DNA from: Oscillospiraceae bacterium
Lineage (GTDB): Bacteria > Bacillota > Clostridia > Oscillospirales > QAMX01
Direction: 5' to 3'
Length of the DNA: 64,000 bases
Assembly: GCA_015067715.1 (NCBI GenBank)
Contig: SVLY01000007.1
Location: 1,729 to 65,728 of the forward strand
In this document: piece after piece, positions 60,618 to 64,000 of the stretch
Position numbering within the stretch: the stretch's first letter is position 1
Layout of the letters: every line of letters starts with the position of its first letter
The notes under the pieces: generated by a model
Told to the model about the DNA's origin: nothing
Database searches by the model: none
Seen by the model: the letters and a program-made list of their open reading frames with translations, nothing else
Position numbers and translations under genes: made by a program

Positions 60618-62066
60618 ATGAACCATAAAAAAGTTTTTAACACGATCGGCCTTTTGCTGATAATCGAAGGGATCCTGTTGCTGTTGCCTGCGGCTGTGGG
60701 ATTGGTTTACCGTGAGCCAAGGGCAATGTCGGCATTTTTGCTCTCCGCGGGAGTGAGCGCCACAGTGGGGGGCGTGCTGGTCGCCTTTTTGCGGCCGAAA
60801 AACAACGTGATATATGCAAAGGACGGATTTGCCATCGTGTCTATTGCGTGGATCGCCATGTCTGCCTTCGGAGCTTTGCCCTTCGTGCTGAGCGGTGAGA
60901 TCCCAAACTATATAGATGCGTTTTTCGAGACGGTCTCCGGCTTTACCACCACAGGAGCCAGCGTTCTTTCCTCTGTGGAGGATAAGACCCATGCCGTGCT
61001 TTTCTGGCGCAGCTTTACCCACTGGATCGGCGGTATGGGCGTTATCGTGTTTATGATGGCAATTCTGTCGAGTATCTCCGACCGCTCGATCCACATTATG
61101 CGCGCGGAAATGCCCGGTCCCACCGTTGGCAAGCTTGTGCCCCGCACAAAGGATACCGCCAAGATACTGTACCTTATATACGTTGGGCTTACGGTCGTTC
61201 AGGTGATACTGCTGCTTTGCGGCGGAATGCCCTTTTTCGACAGCCTTCTCCACACCTTCGGCACGGCAGGTACCGGCGGTTTTGGCGTTAGGAACGACAG
61301 CATCGGGAGCTACAGCTCCTACCTTACAAACGTAATAACGGTTTTCATGCTGCTCTTTGGCATAAACTTCAACCTTTATTATCTGCTTTTGGTGGGCAAA
61401 TTCAAGGCTGTGCTCAAAAGCACAGAGCTCTGGTGCTATCTGGCTATCGCTGCGGTAGCTGCGGGGATCATTACTCTTAATATTCTTCCGGGCTACGAAT
61501 CTGCCGGCAAAGCCATTGAGGATGCGGCCTTTCAGGTGGCATCGGTCATGACCACAACGGGCTTTTCAACAACGGACTTTAACCTGTGGCCGTCTCTTTC
61601 AAAGGCGATACTGCTGATACTCATGTTTGTGGGCGCCTGTGCCGGTTCCACCGGCGGCGGTCTCAAGGTCTCCCGTGTGATGATCCTTTTCAAGCTGATC
61701 TTTCGGGAGCTCCGGCAGATGCTCCACCCCAGAAGCGTGAACTCCGTTAAGTTTGAGGGAAAACCCGTTGAAACGGCCACCCTCAACAGCGTTGCAACGT
61801 ATTTTGTGGTTTACGTGGTCTGCCTGGCCGGCGCCTTCCTTGCCCTTTGCTTTGAACCGGGGTTTGACTTTGAAACAAATTTCACCGCCACTGTGGCGTG
61901 CTTTAACAATATCGGCCCCGGCTTTGGGGGAGTGGGACCTGCGTCGAATTTTTCGGCGTATTCCGGCTTTTCAAAGCTTGTGCTCTCGGCGGCGATGCTG
62001 CTTGGCAGACTCGAGATATTCCCTCTGATTCTGGCGTGCTCTCCCTCTACGTGGAAGAGAAAATAG
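60618..62066 (+). CDS. trkH: Trk family potassium uptake protein TrkH
   Basis: Polytopic protein with repeated TTTG/TAGTGGF/GSTGGG selectivity-filter-like motifs. Confidence 0.9.
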   Translation: MNHKKVFNTIGLLLIIEGILLLLPAAVGLVYREPRAMSAFLLSAGVSATVGGVLVAFLRPKNNVIYAKDGFAIVSIAWIAMSAFGALPFVLSGEIPNYIDAFFETVSGFTTTGASVLSSVEDKTHAVLFWRSFTHWIGGMGVIVFMMAILSSISDRSIHIMRAEMPGPTVGKLVPRTKDTAKILYLIYVGLTVVQVILLLCGGMPFFDSLLHTFGTAGTGGFGVRNDSIGSYSSYLTNVITVFMLLFGINFNLYYLLLVGKFKAVLKSTELWCYLAIAAVAAGIITLNILPGYESAGKAIEDAAFQVASVMTTTGFSTTDFNLWPSLSKAILLILMFVGACAGSTGGGLKVSRVMILFKLIFRELRQMLHPRSVNSVKFEGKPVETATLNSVATYFVVYVVCLAGAFLALCFEPGFDFETNFTATVACFNNIGPGFGGVGPASNFSAYSGFSKLVLSAAMLLGRLEIFPLILACSPSTWKRK

Positions 62067-62128
62067 AGTGTAAACCGTAAATTTTGCAACAAAAAGCGCA
62101 AAATAAAGTTAATATACTTTACAAGAAG

Positions 62129-62171
62129 ACCCGGGCATGGAAAGCGAAAATACTTTCCATGCCCGGGTTTT
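62129..62171 (+). terminator. rho-independent terminator
   Basis: 16-bp stem ACCCGGGCATGGAAAG / CTTTCCATGCCCGGGT followed by TTTT. Confidence 0.9.
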
Positions 62172-62208
62172 GCGGTCTGTAAATTTGAAATTAAGGGAAT
62201 AACTCTTG

Positions 62209-62814
62209 TTAAATGCAGTATGACAGGTCGCTGAGTTTTCGTATAAATCTCTTGCCGGAGTCGGTCATCTGAAGATGGCTCACGCCGCCGGCGCTTCCGA
62301 AAAGCTCGAAGCTCTCAAGGCTTTCAACGGGCAGTCCCAGGAACATTGCGTTAAAAACGCTCAGAAGATCGCCGTGGGAAACGATGACGATACTGTCGTT
62401 TTCGCATTCTTCGATCATTTTGAAAAAGGGGAGGAGCCGCTCCCACTCGTCCCTGCGGCTTTCGGCATCGGGGAACATTTTTGAATCCACGTCCGTCTCA
62501 GTCGCCCCGAATTCCCGGAGGTAGGCAACCGGCTTTCCGCAGGCAGAGCCGAAATTCCTCTCCCGAAGGGCGGGAGTGAAGATCGGGAGCACGTCAAGCG
62601 CGGTCCAGATGGGCTCGGCAGTCTGTCTTGCACGGAGAAGGTCAGAGGAGTAGAGCACCGGTGTTTTGCCTCTGAGCTCCCACGCCAGCTTTTTGGCAAT
62701 TCTGGCGGCATCGGCCTTGCCCTTTTCGGTGAGTGGCCAGTTTGTCCATGAGCCCACCATTCCGTTGGTATGGTGAAGGGATTGGGTGTGCTGAACGGTT
62801 ATTATGTTTTTCAT
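62209..62814 (-). CDS. histidine phosphatase family protein
   Basis: ITVQHTQSLHH...PLTEKG N-terminal motif and SHGD. ATG 62814. Confidence 0.7.
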   Translation of the reverse strand: MKNIITVQHTQSLHHTNGMVGSWTNWPLTEKGKADAARIAKKLAWELRGKTPVLYSSDLLRARQTAEPIWTALDVLPIFTPALRERNFGSACGKPVAYLREFGATETDVDSKMFPDAESRRDEWERLLPFFKMIEECENDSIVIVSHGDLLSVFNAMFLGLPVESLESFELFGSAGGVSHLQMTDSGKRFIRKLSDLSYCI

Positions 62815-62830
62815 TCCGCACCGCCTTTTC

Positions 62831-63616
62831 TCAGGAGCCCGTGGACTGGTATTTGGACAGCCCGAGGTACCAAAGCCCGATGCAGGGCAGAAGGAAAACA
62901 ATGCACGATATCGGGCTCAGCGCCATGATCGGCCGGGTGTCCCTGCCGATAACGTAGAGCAGGGGATAATACTGGGCGGCGGCAAAGGGGAGCACAACGG
63001 TGAAAAAGGTGAGCATTGCTCTTCCGTAGACTCCCATGGGATATTTTCCCAGATCCGTGAGACCGTGGGTGAGCACGTTTACAAACTCCAGCCCGTCGAG
63101 GGTGAAAAAGCAGAGTGTGGCGTAGAGCAGGTATATCCCGGAGAAAAACGCCGCCGCACCCATCACCATGAAGGCCAGCACCGCAAGCCGCACGGGCTCC
63201 GACCACAGACCGGAGCGTGTCACGGCGTAGGCGAGCACTGCAAGGCTGGATATTGCGCTTCCAAGCCGCTCGAAGCGGAGGTTTGAGATCAGAACGTGGA
63301 AAACGGGGTTTAACGGGCGGATAAGGGTGGAGTCCAGACTTCCGCTTATAATAAGGCTCTGGAACTTGTCAAATCCGCCGAAGAAGCACCGGGCAAGGGA
63401 AAAGCCCAGAGTGCCAACGGAACAGCAGAGCATGGAATGCTCAAGGGTAAAGCTTCCGATGGAGCCAAAGCGGTTTAAAATGAAGCTCATGGTGAGCACG
63501 GAGGCCATGGCCACCAGAAGCTGTGAGGTCAGCGCCACGAAAAATGCCAGCTTGTATTCCATCTGAGTCTTCAGCTGGATGGCGGCGTAGGTGAAACAGA
63601 GCTTTAAGTATCTCAT
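62831..63616 (-). CDS. ABC-2 family transporter permease
   Basis: Six hydrophobic helices. ATG 63616 (MRYLKLCFTYAAIQL). Confidence 0.7.
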   Translation of the reverse strand: MRYLKLCFTYAAIQLKTQMEYKLAFFVALTSQLLVAMASVLTMSFILNRFGSIGSFTLEHSMLCCSVGTLGFSLARCFFGGFDKFQSLIISGSLDSTLIRPLNPVFHVLISNLRFERLGSAISSLAVLAYAVTRSGLWSEPVRLAVLAFMVMGAAAFFSGIYLLYATLCFFTLDGLEFVNVLTHGLTDLGKYPMGVYGRAMLTFFTVVLPFAAAQYYPLLYVIGRDTRPIMALSPISCIVFLLPCIGLWYLGLSKYQSTGS

Positions 63617-63621
63617 CCCCG

Positions 63622-64000
63622 TCAACCTCCCTGTGAAACCACCCGGCGCAGGGCGAGCCTGTTCCACACGTAGCCGACGGAGATGAGAGTCACCGCCCAG
63701 AAAAGCTGAAGGCAGATGGAAAAGACCGCCTCTTTTCCGGCGAGATCTCCGGTGTAAATGCGGAAGGGGGCGTTGCTCACCGATCCGAAGGGAAGGAGCG
63801 AGCAGAGCCTGTACAAAAACGGGGGATAGAAGTTGAGAGGAATGATCTGACCTCCGAAAAAGTCCATTATAACGTAGAGAAAGGTGGGTATGCCGATGGA
63901 GGTCAGAGTGTGAAAGGTGGTGTTGTAAACCAGCATGACTATGGACGCCATGACCAGCGTGCCAAGCACCAGCGAGATAAGAAACAGTCCAAAGGACGCC
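63622..64000 (-). CDS. ABC-2 family transporter permease (5'-partial, frame open to window end)
   Basis: Hydrophobic ORF with no stop between 63969 and 64000. Its stop lies 5 nt upstream of the next permease start. Confidence 0.6.
   Translation of the reverse strand, partial: ASFGLFLISLVLGTLVMASIVMLVYNTTFHTLTSIGIPTFLYVIMDFFGGQIIPLNFYPPFLYRLCSLLPFGSVSNAPFRIYTGDLAGKEAVFSICLQLFWAVTLISVGYVWNRLALRRVVSQGG

Overview
This is a 64-kb chromosomal window from a high-GC, spore-forming Clostridia-type Firmicute. GC looks like the upper 50s percent with strong GC3 codon bias. Markers are spoVFA/spoVFB, sleB, ctsR, rex and a clostridial 2x[4Fe-4S] ferredoxin. It looks Oscillospiraceae-like, but the taxon cannot be proven from sequence alone.

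I call 54 protein-coding genes, mostly housekeeping:
- a ParE/ParC-like type IIA topoisomerase pair
- an AraM/AraL-like operon with a sugar kinase
- MscS and an aldo/keto reductase
- a GldA/F/G-like ABC operon with a DUF4340 gene
- Rex and isocitrate dehydrogenase
- TsaD, RimI and PolA
- a GH38 mannosidase and a large Ig-repeat/GLUG surface protein
- a SAMHD1-like HD protein and a stand-alone EF-G paralog
- ProS, RlmB and a NahK-like kinase
- dipicolinate synthase and SleB
- an AraC regulator divergent from a Gfo/Idh/MocA oxidoreductase
- IMPase, CtsR, ferredoxin, two RNA methyltransferases, TrkA/TrkH and ABC-2 permeases

I recognised no rRNA, tRNA, CRISPR array, transposase, integrase or phage gene. 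All long antisense ORFs in the track look like GC-bias shadow ORFs.

The non-ordinary part is 48.8-55.2 kb. Five minus-strand, AT-richer genes for small lipoproteins or membrane proteins are interleaved with about 2.6 kb of ORF-free, GC-rich modular repeats. These include:
- a 75-nt element present 5 times at near 100% identity
- about 19 palindromes with GTAG heads (REP-like)
- six head-to-head palindrome doublets, five with an exactly 24-nt structured linker (BIME/BOX-like)
- terminator-type modules with compensatory stem changes

No mobilising enzyme is present in the window.

Other items worth a second look:
- a 935-bp low-GC HEAT-repeat gene cassette bounded by a 24-bp direct repeat that duplicates the 3' end of the DUF4340 gene
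- a 163-bp MITE-like element with 10-bp perfect terminal inverted repeats and 3+4 subterminal heptamers
- a membrane protein that reads as a catalytically dead P1B-type ATPase fused to a (KPEP)n repeat
- an orphan ctsR with its own operator
- a ferredoxin gene absent from the ORF track

All coordinates of hairpins and motifs were indexed by hand and may be off by 1-2 nt.
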